From assembly GCA_963555985.3 (NCBI GenBank), contig OY820591.1, forward strand, positions 2,624,001 through 2,688,000: 64,000 nucleotides of DNA, written 5' to 3'. The notes under the pieces are model-generated. The model was given only the letters and a program-made list of their open reading frames with translations, made no database searches and had not been told where the DNA came from. This stretch comes from Dehalococcoidia bacterium (GTDB lineage Bacteria > Chloroflexota > Dehalococcoidia > Bin125). How positions within the stretch are numbered: position 1 is the stretch's first letter; each line of letters begins with the position of its first letter. Positions 37,771 through 48,341 of the stretch are shown piece after piece. The translations under genes and the position numbers were made by a program.

Positions 37771-39324
37771 ATGGCTGACCGAGTCCGAATCTTCGATACG
37801 ACCCTGCGCGACGGCGAACAGGCCGCCGGCGTTTCCTTCTCCGCCGAGGAGAAGTTGCAGATTGCAAAGCTGCTCGAGCGGATGGGCGTCGATTGCATCG
37901 AGGCCGGCTTCGCCGCCGCCTCGCCGGCCGACTTCGACGCCGTGAACCGGATCGCGCGCGAAGTGCGCGGTACCCAGATCGCGTCGCTCTGCCGCGCTGT
38001 CCCGAATGATGTCGACCAGGGCTGGGAGGCGATCCGCGACGGTGAGAACCCGCGCATTCACGTCTTCCTCTCCTCCTCCGACATCCACATCGCCCACCAA
38101 CTGCGCAAGGACCGCGAGACCGTCCTCCAGCAGGCCCGCGAGATGGTCGCCCGGGCCAAGAAGTACGTCAGCGATGTCGAGTTCTCGCCAATGGACGCGA
38201 CCCGCTCGGACGTCGATTTCGTCCGCCGGATGCTGCGCGAGGTGATTGAGGCGGGCGCGACCACGATCAACATCCCCGACACCGTCGGTTACGCGATTCC
38301 CGATGAGTTCGCGCGCTTCATCCAGGGCATCCTCGAAGACGTGCCCGGCGCGGACAACGTGGTCGTTTCGGTGCACTGCCACAACGACCTCGGACTCTCC
38401 ACCGCCAACTCGCTGGCCGCCGTTCGCGCCGGGGCGCGGCAGGTGGAATGCACGATCAACGGTCTGGGCGAACGCGCCGGCAATACCTCGCTCGAAGAGA
38501 CCGTGATGGCGATCCGCACCCGCGCCGACCATCTCGGCGTCGAGATCGGGGTTGACCCGCAATACCTAGTTCCCGCGTCGCGGATGGTGCAGGAATTCGC
38601 GGGGATGCACGTGCAGCCGAACAAGGCGATCGTCGGCCTCAACGCCTTCCGCCACCAGTCCGGCATCCACCAGGACGGCGTGGTCAAGATGCGCGAGACC
38701 TACGAGATCATGGATCCCAAGGAGGTCGGTTGGGTCGAGGGATCGCAGTTCGTGCTCTCCAAGCTGTCGGGGCGGGCCGGCTTCCGCTCACGCCTGGAAG
38801 ACCTCGGTTTCGATCTCGAAGGCGATGAGTTCAGCTCGGCCTTCGACCGCTTCCAGCAACTCGCCGACCGCAAGACCGTCGTCGACGATCGCGACCTCGA
38901 AGCGATCGTGCTCGATCGGCTCGGACAGGTGACTGAGGGCTGGGAGCTCGTCGCCATCGACATCACAGCGGGTACGTCCAGCCAACCCTCGGCGACGATC
39001 ACGCTGCGCTCGCCGGAGGGCGAACAGGTCTCAGGCTCGCGCACGGGTTCGGGGCCGGTCGATGCGATCTATCAAACGATCCGCGAACTCACCAGCGTCG
39101 CCGACGAGCTGGAGGAGTACAGCGTCTCCAGCGTGACCGAGGGTCTGGACGCGCAGGGCGAGGTCACGATCCGCACCCTGATCGACGGCGCCACCCACAC
39201 CGGACGCGCCTCCGACCAGGACATCCTGGTCGCCAGTGCGCGGGCCTACATCAACGCGATCAACCGCCATGTCGCAGGAGCGGCGGGAGCCTCTGCCGCC
39301 GCGACGCAGGAACGCACGCCGTAA
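37771..39324 (+). CDS. leuA: 2-isopropylmalate synthase
   Basis: [40 protein letters not shown]; AGGAG RBS. Confidence 0.98.
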   Translation: MADRVRIFDTTLRDGEQAAGVSFSAEEKLQIAKLLERMGVDCIEAGFAAASPADFDAVNRIAREVRGTQIASLCRAVPNDVDQGWEAIRDGENPRIHVFLSSSDIHIAHQLRKDRETVLQQAREMVARAKKYVSDVEFSPMDATRSDVDFVRRMLREVIEAGATTINIPDTVGYAIPDEFARFIQGILEDVPGADNVVVSVHCHNDLGLSTANSLAAVRAGARQVECTINGLGERAGNTSLEETVMAIRTRADHLGVEIGVDPQYLVPASRMVQEFAGMHVQPNKAIVGLNAFRHQSGIHQDGVVKMRETYEIMDPKEVGWVEGSQFVLSKLSGRAGFRSRLEDLGFDLEGDEFSSAFDRFQQLADRKTVVDDRDLEAIVLDRLGQVTEGWELVAIDITAGTSSQPSATITLRSPEGEQVSGSRTGSGPVDAIYQTIRELTSVADELEEYSVSSVTEGLDAQGEVTIRTLIDGATHTGRASDQDILVASARAYINAINRHVAGAAGASAAATQERTP

Positions 39325-39349
39325 CTGCATTACTCGCGCCGCGACGGGA

Positions 39350-39634
39350 TCAGCGGATGAACCCGTCACGGCGCATCATCGCTTCGTAGTCGGCCTGGGA
39401 GAGGTCGCAGTCGATCAGGCGGTCGAACTGACGGCGGTTGAGGCGGAGTTGGCGAGCCATTGAGGCGAGGAGCTGGTCGCTGATGTCGCGGTCAGCGCCG
39501 TGGGACACGACGGTGAATGCTTCAGTCTCTTCTCCGTCGACGCTGAAGTACCTCAGCTGCAAATGACGCGCGTTGACCTCGCGAAAACCCTTGCGACGAA
39601 GGCCGCGCAAGACTTCTCGTCTTCTACGTGGCAT
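39350..39634 (-). CDS. HicA-like toxin
   Basis: GLRRKGF…H…VSHGADRDI…MARQL.L…FDRLIDC. Confidence 0.72.
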   Translation of the reverse strand: MPRRRREVLRGLRRKGFREVNARHLQLRYFSVDGEETEAFTVVSHGADRDISDQLLASMARQLRLNRRQFDRLIDCDLSQADYEAMMRRDGFIR

Positions 39635-39953
39635 CTGTGACCAACTGGAAACGTTGGCGCAAGTCCTCACCGAGATCCTTCGCGCCCAACGTCATCTTCT
39701 CTGACGAGCTCTCGGCGAACTCCCGCCAGAGGAATCCCAGCGAGTCGTCGATGATGTCCCAGCATTCTTCACGCGTCTCTGCGCCGTGCATGATGTTGTA
39801 CTCGCCCTCGAAGAGGTAGAGGCCAACGCCGTCTTCTTCCGAGTACTCGAACGTGAAGACGAGCGGTCGCTCAGTGCGATATCGCTTCCCGTTCGAGACG
39901 AACTCGGTGAAGACCATCGGGCTGACATCGACATCGGACGCGGGAGTGGTCAT
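39624..39953 (-). CDS. HicB-like acidic antitoxin
   Basis: Homologous to the 28325 and 28704 ORFs (GAETREE…LWREFA); AGGAG RBS. Confidence 0.68.
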   Translation of the reverse strand: MTTPASDVDVSPMVFTEFVSNGKRYRTERPLVFTFEYSEEDGVGLYLFEGEYNIMHGAETREECWDIIDDSLGFLWREFAESSSEKMTLGAKDLGEDLRQRFQLVTDAT

Positions 39954-40058
39954 GGCGCGCTCCTGGTTCGGGCTTCATGGTAGGTCGGTGGGGCGGGCGC
40001 TGTGTCGGCTGCGCGTAAGATGATCGCTGAGACCGACATTCCAGAGCAGGAGACCACC

Positions 40059-41459
40059 ATGGCCGGACGTACCGTTGCGCAGAAGATCTGGGACGAGCAC
40101 CTGATTCGCCAGGCGGATGGGGAACCCGACCTGCTGTACATCGACCTGCACCTGGTACATGAGGTGACGTCGCCGCAGGCCTTTGAGGGTCTGCGGCTGA
40201 CAGGTCGGCAGGTACGGCGGCCGGACTTGACCCTGGCGACGCAGGATCACAACGTCCCCACCGACACTCGGATCGAGCCGTTCGCCGATCCGCTCTCGCA
40301 GCAGCAGGTCGAGGCGTTGCGGGCGAACTGCGAGGAGTTCGGCGTGCCGCTCTACGACACGCTCGACCCGCGCCAAGGCATCGTCCACATCATCGGCCCG
40401 GAGCAGGGCTTGACACAGCCCGGCCTCACCATCGTCTGCGGCGACAGTCACACCTCCACGCACGGCGCGCTAGGAGCGCTGGCCTTCGGGATCGGCACGT
40501 CGGAAGTCGAGCACGTACTCGCCACTCAGACGCTGCCGCAAGCTCCGCTCAAGCAGATGTCGGTTGAAGTGACGGGCGAGCTTCCGGCCGGCTGCGCCGC
40601 TAAGGATGTAATTCTCACGATCCTCAACACGATCGGTACCGGCGGCGGTGTGGGGCACGTGATCGAGTATCGGGGCGACGTGATCAAGAACCTCTCGATG
40701 GACGGGCGGATGACAGTCTGCAACATGACGATCGAGGGCGGCGCCCGCGCCGGATTGGTCGCGCCGGACAAGACCACGATCACCTACGTCAAGGGCCGCA
40801 CCCACGCTCCAAGCGGTGACGCCTGGGACGAGGCGGTCGCGCGTTGGAGCGAACTGGTCACCGACGACGATGCCGTATTCGACAAGGAAGTCGTGATTGA
40901 GGGCGCGGAGATCGCGCCATTCGTGACTTGGGGCACGAATCCCGCCCAGAGCGCTCCGGTGACGGGCAGCATTCCCGATCCTGCCAGTCTGGCGACGGCC
41001 TCGGCGCAAGAGTCCGCCGAACGCGCACTCGCCTACCAGGGCCTAACGGCCGGCACCAACATCACCGACATCGCCATCGATCGCGTCTTCATCGGCTCCT
41101 GCACGAACGGACGGATCGAGGATCTGCGCGCAGCCGCGGCCGCCATCGGCGACGGCAAGGTCGCCGCAGGCGTCAATGCGATGGTCGTCCCCGGCTCCGG
41201 CCTCGTCAAAATCCAGGCCGAAGCCGAAGGTCTAGCCGATCAGTTCCGCGACGCCGGCTTCGAGTGGCGCGACGCCGGCTGCTCAATGTGCCTGGGCATG
41301 AACCCCGACATCCTCAGCCCCCAGGAACGCTGCGCCTCAACCAGCAACCGCAACTTCGAGGGCCGGCAAGGCCCGGGCGGTCGGACGCATCTGGTGAGTC
41401 CGGCAATGGCGGCGGCAGCGGCGGTGGCGGGTCACTTCGTAGATGTTCGGGGGCTGTAG
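40059..41459 (+). CDS. leuC: 3-isopropylmalate dehydratase large subunit
   Basis: [48 protein letters not shown]. Confidence 0.98.
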   Translation: MAGRTVAQKIWDEHLIRQADGEPDLLYIDLHLVHEVTSPQAFEGLRLTGRQVRRPDLTLATQDHNVPTDTRIEPFADPLSQQQVEALRANCEEFGVPLYDTLDPRQGIVHIIGPEQGLTQPGLTIVCGDSHTSTHGALGALAFGIGTSEVEHVLATQTLPQAPLKQMSVEVTGELPAGCAAKDVILTILNTIGTGGGVGHVIEYRGDVIKNLSMDGRMTVCNMTIEGGARAGLVAPDKTTITYVKGRTHAPSGDAWDEAVARWSELVTDDDAVFDKEVVIEGAEIAPFVTWGTNPAQSAPVTGSIPDPASLATASAQESAERALAYQGLTAGTNITDIAIDRVFIGSCTNGRIEDLRAAAAAIGDGKVAAGVNAMVVPGSGLVKIQAEAEGLADQFRDAGFEWRDAGCSMCLGMNPDILSPQERCASTSNRNFEGRQGPGGRTHLVSPAMAAAAAVAGHFVDVRGL

Positions 41460-41469
41460 GGTCGCGCAG

Positions 41470-42009
41470 GTGCGGTTAACGCTCAGTCTTCGCGATCTTG
41501 CTGCTGAACACCCCGGCTTAACCGTGCCGGTTGCTTCGGCCTATTCCGAGGCAGCGGCGGTCTGCCTTGATCGCCATCATGAATCGCCGATTCAGTTCAC
41601 GGCAAGGGGCGAAGCTCGGCGGGACGACGTGTTCCTCGCCTGGAAGCGGACGACTGCGCGACAGCGCTTGGCCTGGAGCAATCAGATGGACGTGATTGAG
41701 GCTGGAGCGATTGCTGTGGCGCTCGCTTACGTGTCGACGGCGCACAGTCTCATTGCCTTCAGTCGCGCGTGGCGGGGAAGCGGCGCCGATTACATCCTCA
41801 CTCCGAGTCGCGTGGATGTTCCCGACATCGAGCAACGACTGAGGCTGGAAGTATCCGGTGTGGATCGTGGAGGGGAACCTGAGATCGAACGCCGACTTGC
41901 TCAGAAGCTGCAACAACTTCGTCGCGGCGATCTCTACACTGCGGGTATGGCGATCGTCGTCGGATTTCGCGCTCGAACGATTCGGTTCGCAAGTCTGGAT
42001 GTCGAATGA
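41470..42009 (+). CDS. Hypothetical protein, possible PD-(D/E)XK-like nuclease
   Basis: E.GA…GSGADY…RLEVSG…R…K pattern; lower GC than neighbours. Confidence 0.55.
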   Translation: MRLTLSLRDLAAEHPGLTVPVASAYSEAAAVCLDRHHESPIQFTARGEARRDDVFLAWKRTTARQRLAWSNQMDVIEAGAIAVALAYVSTAHSLIAFSRAWRGSGADYILTPSRVDVPDIEQRLRLEVSGVDRGGEPEIERRLAQKLQQLRRGDLYTAGMAIVVGFRARTIRFASLDVE

Positions 42010-42356
42010 CTTGGCTCGAACACCACCGGAAGAGCGAAGAACTGTTCGGCAATGCTGAACTCGAAGATCGATTCGGCGATCCTGGGCTGGCGCGCAAGCT
42101 GTATCGAGAAGCGGCGCAGTCGGAACAACGCGCGCTCGCCGATCTGGGGGCGGACAAGCCTGAGACATTTGGGATTACCGCAGTCAGCGCCGTTTCCTGC
42201 TACTTCATGGCGCACGACTACGAGCGGGCGGAGCAGCTCGCCTATAAGTTCCTGGCAGGAGATCGCCTAGCGGCCATTGCTCGACATGACATGAAGGAAG
42301 TCCTGCGCGAAATCTGGGACATGCAGGCCGAGCTCACGTTGCAGGCGACGGACTAG
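42006..42356 (+). CDS. Hypothetical helical (TPR-like) protein
   Basis: ATGA-coupled to the previous ORF; [12 protein letters not shown]…AVSAVSCYF. Confidence 0.6.
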   Translation: MTWLEHHRKSEELFGNAELEDRFGDPGLARKLYREAAQSEQRALADLGADKPETFGITAVSAVSCYFMAHDYERAEQLAYKFLAGDRLAAIARHDMKEVLREIWDMQAELTLQATD

Positions 42357-42393
42357 CGGCAACCCTTGCTCCAACAGGTTGGTGGGCCAGATT

Positions 42394-42579
42394 TGGCGCG
42401 ACCCGGGGTGCTCGATGTGCCTGGGTATGAACCCCGACATCCTGAGTCCGCAGAAACTATGCGCCTCTACGAGCAATCGGAGCTTTGAGGGTCGGCAGGA
42501 GCCTAGCGGTCGGGCGCACCGGGCATGTCCAGCGATGGCGGCGGTCGCGGGTCACTTTGTGGATGTGCGTGGCCTGTAA
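42394..42579 (+). pseudogene. Degenerate duplicate of the leuC 3' end
   Basis: [35 protein letters not shown]…[10 protein letters not shown] matches leuC 41265-41459 with a 9-nt deletion. Confidence 0.9.
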
Positions 42580-42588
42580 CAACGGCCG

Positions 42589-44124
42589 TCAGCGCCAGAG
42601 CGCCAACTCTTCCTCCCGCTCTGCGGTGACCGTCCGCACATCCGGACCGAAGACCATCGTGTAGGGCCGGTTGGCTCGGTATTGGGGCCAGCCCGGCAGC
42701 GAACTTGTGCTCGGATTGCCGGTCCGGGCGAAGTTGATCCAGGCGTCCATCATGAAGCCGCTGAGCTGGTCGACCTGCGGGTCGTCGCCGACGAAGTCTC
42801 GCGTTAGCCCGGTCGTTCCCCAGATCAGCGGTACGTCGATCGCGTGCGGCGATCCCAGGCGGCCCTCGAACATCGGTGATTGTTGTTCGACCAGGTAGGC
42901 GTAGGTTCCGCCGGCTGCGCCCGCGTGCGCGTTGAGCAGACGGCGGGTCGAACCTCGGTACTGACGGTCGGTCATGACCGCGTTGTAAACCGCGAGCGGA
43001 TCGATCGTCTCGCCGCGCTGGACTCGCAGCGCCCGGTACCGCTCGTAGCACTCCCCGGCGCGTTCGCCGCCGCCGACCAACGGCGCCAGCAACTCCAGGG
43101 CCCGTTCCTCGTTCAGCTCTGACAGACCGGACATCGCCGAAAGCAGCGTCAGCTCATCGCGGTTCGTGCCTGCCAGTAGATCGACATCGCCGCCGCGACC
43201 GAGTGGCACGGTTTCGAGCGGGACAGCGTCGAGGAAGTCGTCCTCGATGATGGCGTTGAAGAGTCCGTGCAGCCCCCCGGCCGGGTTGACCGCCGGGTCA
43301 GCGGCCATCAGCGCGCTCTGCGCGCGCAGCAGGCTCTCAACCGGCAGCGACCGCAACTCGTCCGCCGACGGCTGCTCCAGCCCCAGCTCGCGGTAGAAGT
43401 AGGGCAGCATCTCAGCGACGGACTCGCGCGTATGGAGCCGATCGGCTGCGCCGCTCTGGATGATCGCGTGCTGAACGAGGCCCTCTGTGAGCGGTGATCC
43501 GAGCAGCATCGCAACCGCGATGCCTCCGGCCGACTCGCCGAAGATCGTCACGTTGGACGGATCGCCGCCGAAGGCGGCAATCTCGTCTCGCACCCACTTC
43601 AGCGCGGCGATCATGTCGTGGAAGCCGAAGTTGCCCTCTGCCTCGTCGCCGTCGCTGAGTACCGGGTCGGGCAGGTAACCGAGCGCGCCCAGACGGTAGT
43701 TGATCGTGACGATCACCACATCGCCGCGAGCGGCGAGTGGGCCACCGTTGTAAGCGGGCGACGAGCCCGATCCGCTGAACAGCCCGCCGCCGTGAATCCA
43801 GAGCATGACCGGTCGCCGGTTGTCGTCGGGGCCGGGCGTCCAGATGTTGAGATAGAGGCAGTCTTCCGACATGCGCTCCTGGCTGTGGCCCATGATGCCG
43901 GCGAACGGCCCGGCGGCAGGCCGCGGCGGCTGGGCTGAGATCGGGCCGAACTCCAGGGCGCCGCGGACTCCGGCCCACGGCTCCACCGGCTGCGGACGGC
44001 GCCAGCGCAGCTCACCGACGGGAGGCTGCGCGAAGGGCACGCCGCGAAAGACGTGGATACCGTCCTCGATCTGTCCCCGCAAGGTTCCCTTCTGGGTCTG
44101 AGCAGTGGTCGGATTCGAAGCCAT
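42589..44124 (-). CDS. Carboxylesterase type B (paralogue 1)
   Basis: SEDCLYLNIWTP, HGGG, NYRLG, FGESAG. Confidence 0.93.
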   Translation of the reverse strand: MASNPTTAQTQKGTLRGQIEDGIHVFRGVPFAQPPVGELRWRRPQPVEPWAGVRGALEFGPISAQPPRPAAGPFAGIMGHSQERMSEDCLYLNIWTPGPDDNRRPVMLWIHGGGLFSGSGSSPAYNGGPLAARGDVVIVTINYRLGALGYLPDPVLSDGDEAEGNFGFHDMIAALKWVRDEIAAFGGDPSNVTIFGESAGGIAVAMLLGSPLTEGLVQHAIIQSGAADRLHTRESVAEMLPYFYRELGLEQPSADELRSLPVESLLRAQSALMAADPAVNPAGGLHGLFNAIIEDDFLDAVPLETVPLGRGGDVDLLAGTNRDELTLLSAMSGLSELNEERALELLAPLVGGGERAGECYERYRALRVQRGETIDPLAVYNAVMTDRQYRGSTRRLLNAHAGAAGGTYAYLVEQQSPMFEGRLGSPHAIDVPLIWGTTGLTRDFVGDDPQVDQLSGFMMDAWINFARTGNPSTSSLPGWPQYRANRPYTMVFGPDVRTVTAEREEELALWR

Positions 44125-44133
44125 GTCGCGTTC

Positions 44134-45672
44134 CTATTCGAGCAGATCCGTGCTCCAGATCTCGCGCTCTTCCTCGCGATCCACGCGCAGTGTCTTCACG
44201 TCCGGGCCGAGCGCCATCGTGTAGCGCTGGTCGGCCCGGTACTGCGGCCAGCCGGGGAGTGCGCCGGTGCTCGGGTTCCCAGTTCGCGCGAATGCAATCC
44301 AGGCGTCCATCACGAAGCCGGTGAGTTGGTCGGTCTGCGGGTCATCGCCGACGAAGACGCGCATCGCGTCGCAGGTACCCCAGACGAAGGGGATATCGAT
44401 GGCGTGGGGCGCGCGCAGGCGTCCGTCCAGAGCGGGCGACTGCTGGTTGAAGAGGTAGGCGTATGTCTGCCCGTCTCCATCGAGGGCGCTGTGCGCGTCG
44501 AGCAGACGGTCGGAGGGGATGCGGAATACGTAGTCGGTCATCACCGAATCGAAGACGGTGAGCGGGTCGGAGCCTGCGCCGCGCGCCGCGCGCGTGTCGC
44601 GGTAGTGCTCGTACAGCCGGTCGGCGGTCTCGGCATCACCGGATGTCACAGCCAGCGCTCCCCGAGCGCCGGTCTCATCCATCTCATTCACGCCGCCGAG
44701 CGCGGCCAGCAGCGTCCACTCGTCCTCGATCGTCCCGCAGAGCAGATCGACATCCTTGCTGCGGCCGTTGCGCACCGCCTCGATCGGCAGCGTCTCCAGG
44801 AATCCGCCCTCGACCACCGGCGAGAACGGCATCAGGTATCGCCCTGTCAATGTCGCCGACTCCGGGTCGGCCTGCAACGCGAGCTGAGCGTCGAGAATGT
44901 CCTGTGCGGGAATGCTGCGCAGCGAGTCGGCGTCGTCGGGGCTCACCTCGAGGACCGCGCAGAAGCGCCGGCAGACTTCCTCAGCCACGTCAACCGGAAG
45001 CGAGTGGTGTCCCGCGCCCGACTGTGGGATCGCACGCTGGAACAGACCCTCGGCCTCGGCCGCGCCCATCAGCACGCCCACGCTCATGCCGCCGGCGGAT
45101 TCGCCGAAGATCGTGACGTTGTTCGGGTCGCCGCCGAATGCGGAGATATGATCTCGCACCCACTCCAGCGCCGCCACTTGGTCGCGCATTCCGTAGTTGC
45201 CGCTGTGCGGATCGTCGCCGTCGGTCAGCGCCTGGTTGTAGAGATAGCCCAAGGCACCGAGCCGATAGTTGATCGTGACCACGACGACATCGCCGCGACG
45301 GGCGAGGTGCTGGCCGTCGTAGATCGGCGTCGCCCCGGACCCGGCCGCAAACCCGCCGCCGTGAATCCAGAACATCACCGGACGCTTGGCGTCGTCCAGG
45401 CCCGGCGTCCAGATGTTAAGCGTGAGGCAGTCCTCGTCGACCGGCATCTCCCAGGCTCCGAGCAGCTCGAGGCCCTGGACGAATGTCTGGATCGAGCCGG
45501 CCCCGACTTCGTTCGCCTCGCGAATGCCGTCCCACGGCTCAGGCGGCCGCGGTGCGCGGAAGCGCAGCTCCCCGACCGGCGGCGCTGCGAACGGCACGCC
45601 TCGAAAGACATGCAGATCGTCCTCGGTCTGCCCCTGGAGTTGGCCGTATTTCGTGTTGACAACTGCTGGCAC
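44134..45672 (-). CDS. Carboxylesterase type B (paralogue 2)
   Basis: EDCLTLNIWTP, HGGGF, FGESAG; GTG start with AAAGGA RBS. Confidence 0.93.
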   Translation of the reverse strand: MPAVVNTKYGQLQGQTEDDLHVFRGVPFAAPPVGELRFRAPRPPEPWDGIREANEVGAGSIQTFVQGLELLGAWEMPVDEDCLTLNIWTPGLDDAKRPVMFWIHGGGFAAGSGATPIYDGQHLARRGDVVVVTINYRLGALGYLYNQALTDGDDPHSGNYGMRDQVAALEWVRDHISAFGGDPNNVTIFGESAGGMSVGVLMGAAEAEGLFQRAIPQSGAGHHSLPVDVAEEVCRRFCAVLEVSPDDADSLRSIPAQDILDAQLALQADPESATLTGRYLMPFSPVVEGGFLETLPIEAVRNGRSKDVDLLCGTIEDEWTLLAALGGVNEMDETGARGALAVTSGDAETADRLYEHYRDTRAARGAGSDPLTVFDSVMTDYVFRIPSDRLLDAHSALDGDGQTYAYLFNQQSPALDGRLRAPHAIDIPFVWGTCDAMRVFVGDDPQTDQLTGFVMDAWIAFARTGNPSTGALPGWPQYRADQRYTMALGPDVKTLRVDREEEREIWSTDLLE

Positions 45673-45751
45673 GAGAGTGTCCTTTCAGGAAGCGAAATCA
45701 AGCACAGTAGCCTGCGCAGGCGGACTAGTGGTCATGATAAGGCGGGGTGTG

Positions 45752-46783
45752 ATGGCAATTGGACAGATCGGGCTGGGATTGGACTTCTCGCTGGGTCTGA
45801 GCTTCGAGGATCAGCAAACACTCGCGCGCGAGGCGGCAGAGCTTGGTTACCAGAGTCTGTGGACGCCGGAAGGCGCGGGGCTGGATTCGTTTCAGTTGTG
45901 CGCATTGCGTTATCAGGCGAGCGGGCTGGCGACCGGGATCGGCGTCTGCCCGATCGCCTATCGCTCGCCCGTCGCCTTCGCCATGAGCGCCGGTACCGTC
46001 GCCGCACAGAGCGGCGGCAAGTTCAGTCTTGGCATCGGCTCCGGTGGGATCTATCGCGCCGACGCTCGCCGCCAGCTCGGGCTACCCCGCCGCTCCACGC
46101 TTGGCGTGATGCGCGAATACGTCTCGGCAGTCAAGGGACTGCTGGCGGGCGAGTCCGTCACGATCCAGGGCGAGTCGTTCCAGTACGACGGCGTGCAACT
46201 GGGCTTCCGTCCGCCGCCGACGCCCGTGTTCGTAGGCGCGCTTGGCCCGCAGATGATCCAGCTTGGCGCCGAGGTGGGCGACGGAGCAGTGTTGAATTGG
46301 TGCGACTCGGAGCGGGTGCAATGGAGCCGCGAGCGTCTCAACGAAGGCGCAGCCAAAGCCGGCAAGGGTCCCGAAGATGTACAGCTGGTCGAATACATCC
46401 GCATCTGCGTGGACGACGATATTGAGACCGCGCGGATGTCATATGCAAAGTCGATGCTGGGCTATGCGCTGGGGCAGAGCGTGCCTAGCGAGCGGCTGCG
46501 CAAGTTCGCCTATCGGGCGCACTTCGAGCGGATGGGCTTCACGGACGAGCTGGCGTCGCTGGACGACATGCGCCATCGCGGGGCCTCGGCGGACGAGGTG
46601 GCGGCCGCTGCTTCGGAGGAACTCTTGACCCGCGTCGGCTACTACGGCAATGCAGCTGGAGCGAAAGCGGCCTTCGAGGCGCTGGCGGACGGTCTGGATA
46701 CCGCAATCGTTCGAGTGGTAGCGGCGCGTCCCGGTCTTGAGGCGACGCGGGCAGTGATGCGTGCGTGCGCGCCGAGTGCTTAG
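45752..46783 (+). CDS. LLM-class flavin-dependent oxidoreductase
   Basis: LWTPE, RSPVAFAMSA, SGGKFSLGIGSG, PVFVGALGPQM; start trimmed to MAIGQ. Confidence 0.88.
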   Translation: MAIGQIGLGLDFSLGLSFEDQQTLAREAAELGYQSLWTPEGAGLDSFQLCALRYQASGLATGIGVCPIAYRSPVAFAMSAGTVAAQSGGKFSLGIGSGGIYRADARRQLGLPRRSTLGVMREYVSAVKGLLAGESVTIQGESFQYDGVQLGFRPPPTPVFVGALGPQMIQLGAEVGDGAVLNWCDSERVQWSRERLNEGAAKAGKGPEDVQLVEYIRICVDDDIETARMSYAKSMLGYALGQSVPSERLRKFAYRAHFERMGFTDELASLDDMRHRGASADEVAAAASEELLTRVGYYGNAAGAKAAFEALADGLDTAIVRVVAARPGLEATRAVMRACAPSA

Positions 46784-48072
46784 CTCACCTGCTCAATCGC
46801 GTCTTCGAGGATGTCCACCGCTCGATCGAGCTGCGCCTCCGTCGTGCTCAATGGGGGGACGAAGCGGAGCACTGAACCACCGCGCCGCTGACTGAAGATG
46901 AGGCCGTTCTCAAGACACCGATCCGCGATTCGCCGTCCCTCGTCGGTGGCCGGTTCTTTGCTCCGCCGATCTCGCACCAGCTCAATCCCCTGTAGCAAGC
47001 CGCGACCGCGAACGTCGCCGATCAGGTCGAAGCGATCGGCGAGCTCGTTGAGTCTCGTCTTCAGGTAACCGCCCAGCCGCTTCGCCTTGCCCGGCGTGTC
47101 TTCCTCTTGGACTACATCGAGTGTCGCTGTGCCCGCGGCGCAAGCGAGCGGGTCGTTGGAGTGCGAGTGGGTGACGATGAACTCGTCGGCGACGACCGCC
47201 TGCTCGATCTCGGCGGAGGTGCTGACCGAGGAGATGCAGACGCCGCCGCCGAAGTGCTTGGCGAGCGTGATGAGGTCGGGAACCACACCTTCGTCCTCGA
47301 ACGCGAACATCGTTCCCAGCTTGCCCAGACCGGTCTGCTCCTCGTCCAGGATCAGCAGCATTTCGCGCTCGTAGCACTCGTGCTGGAGTCGGGACAGCCA
47401 GCCGTTCGGCGGTTCGATCACGCCGCCGGCGCTGAAGAGCGGTTCAGTCAGTACCGCCGCCGGGCGTGAGGTCGTCTGCGCATCGATCAGCTCAAAACTC
47501 GCATCAAGGCAGGCGATGTCGCAGGTTTCCGGCTGTAGTCCAATTGGGCAGCGGTAGCAGTAGGGCGCGAGCATCGCCATCGTCCCGGCCTGCGGCGGCC
47601 CGTAGCCCGCGTGCCAGCCTGCGTAGGTGAGCGCGCGGGTGGTATCCGACATGCCGTGAAATGAGACATGCGGCGAGGCGATCTCGAACCCGCCCGTGTA
47701 CTTCCGTGCGATGTTGATCGCCGCCTCGTTCGCGTCCGCGCCGGATTGGAGGAACATCGACTTTTGCAGCGGATTGGGCAGCAGCTGAGCGAGCCGTTCG
47801 GCCAGCTCAATCTCCTTGTCGTTGTAGTAGGAGGAATGGGCGTGGAGCAGCGTGGCGCAGGCTTCGGCGACGGCTGCGGTGATCTTGGGGTGGTTGTGTC
47901 CGAGCCAGGCGCACATCTGGCCGGAGTTGAAATCGAGGTAAGTCTGGCCGTTGGCGTCTTCGACTTCGGAGCCGGAGCCGCGCACGAAGACGGGGCCAAC
48001 GCCGGATTTGTCCATGCGTCCGCCGAAGGAGTACTTGCGGGCGGTTTCGAGGAGTTGGGTTTCTGTGGTCAT
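46780..48072 (-). CDS. Class III PLP aminotransferase (2,2-dialkylglycine decarboxylase-like)
   Basis: DFNSGQMC..LGHNHP, LILDEEQTGLG, TLAKHFGGG, GDVRGRGL. Confidence 0.88.
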   Translation of the reverse strand: MTTETQLLETARKYSFGGRMDKSGVGPVFVRGSGSEVEDANGQTYLDFNSGQMCAWLGHNHPKITAAVAEACATLLHAHSSYYNDKEIELAERLAQLLPNPLQKSMFLQSGADANEAAINIARKYTGGFEIASPHVSFHGMSDTTRALTYAGWHAGYGPPQAGTMAMLAPYCYRCPIGLQPETCDIACLDASFELIDAQTTSRPAAVLTEPLFSAGGVIEPPNGWLSRLQHECYEREMLLILDEEQTGLGKLGTMFAFEDEGVVPDLITLAKHFGGGVCISSVSTSAEIEQAVVADEFIVTHSHSNDPLACAAGTATLDVVQEEDTPGKAKRLGGYLKTRLNELADRFDLIGDVRGRGLLQGIELVRDRRSKEPATDEGRRIADRCLENGLIFSQRRGGSVLRFVPPLSTTEAQLDRAVDILEDAIEQVS

Positions 48073-48341
48073 GAGCGTCGGAGACCATGGCCTTCTTTCC
48101 GTGCATAGACTTCGAGTATCCGCACGGTGAGTTCGTCGTCGTTCACTTCAAAATCGGCGCGGTAGCGATATCGAATCCTGATTTCCCAGCGATTGCGATA
48201 ACCCTGCTTCTTCTTGACCCCATCAGGCCGAGGTTGCTCGGCGAGCGCCTCGCAGGTGCTCTGCACGGACGGCTGAACCTCGCGCGGCAGACGCCTCAGT
48301 TGACGCCGGGCCCTGTTCGTCCAGATTACCCGGTGGCTCAC
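48069..48341 (-). CDS. RelE/ParE family toxin
   Basis: ARRQLRRLP…LAEQPRPDGVKK..G…IR..YR…V.D. Confidence 0.8.
   Translation of the reverse strand: MSHRVIWTNRARRQLRRLPREVQPSVQSTCEALAEQPRPDGVKKKQGYRNRWEIRIRYRYRADFEVNDDELTVRILEVYARKEGHGLRRS

Noticed and set aside
28051-42579. Integron or prophage explanation for the TA cassettes
   Set aside because: No integrase, attC-like sites or phage structural genes were recognised, and the cassettes are separated by core genes.
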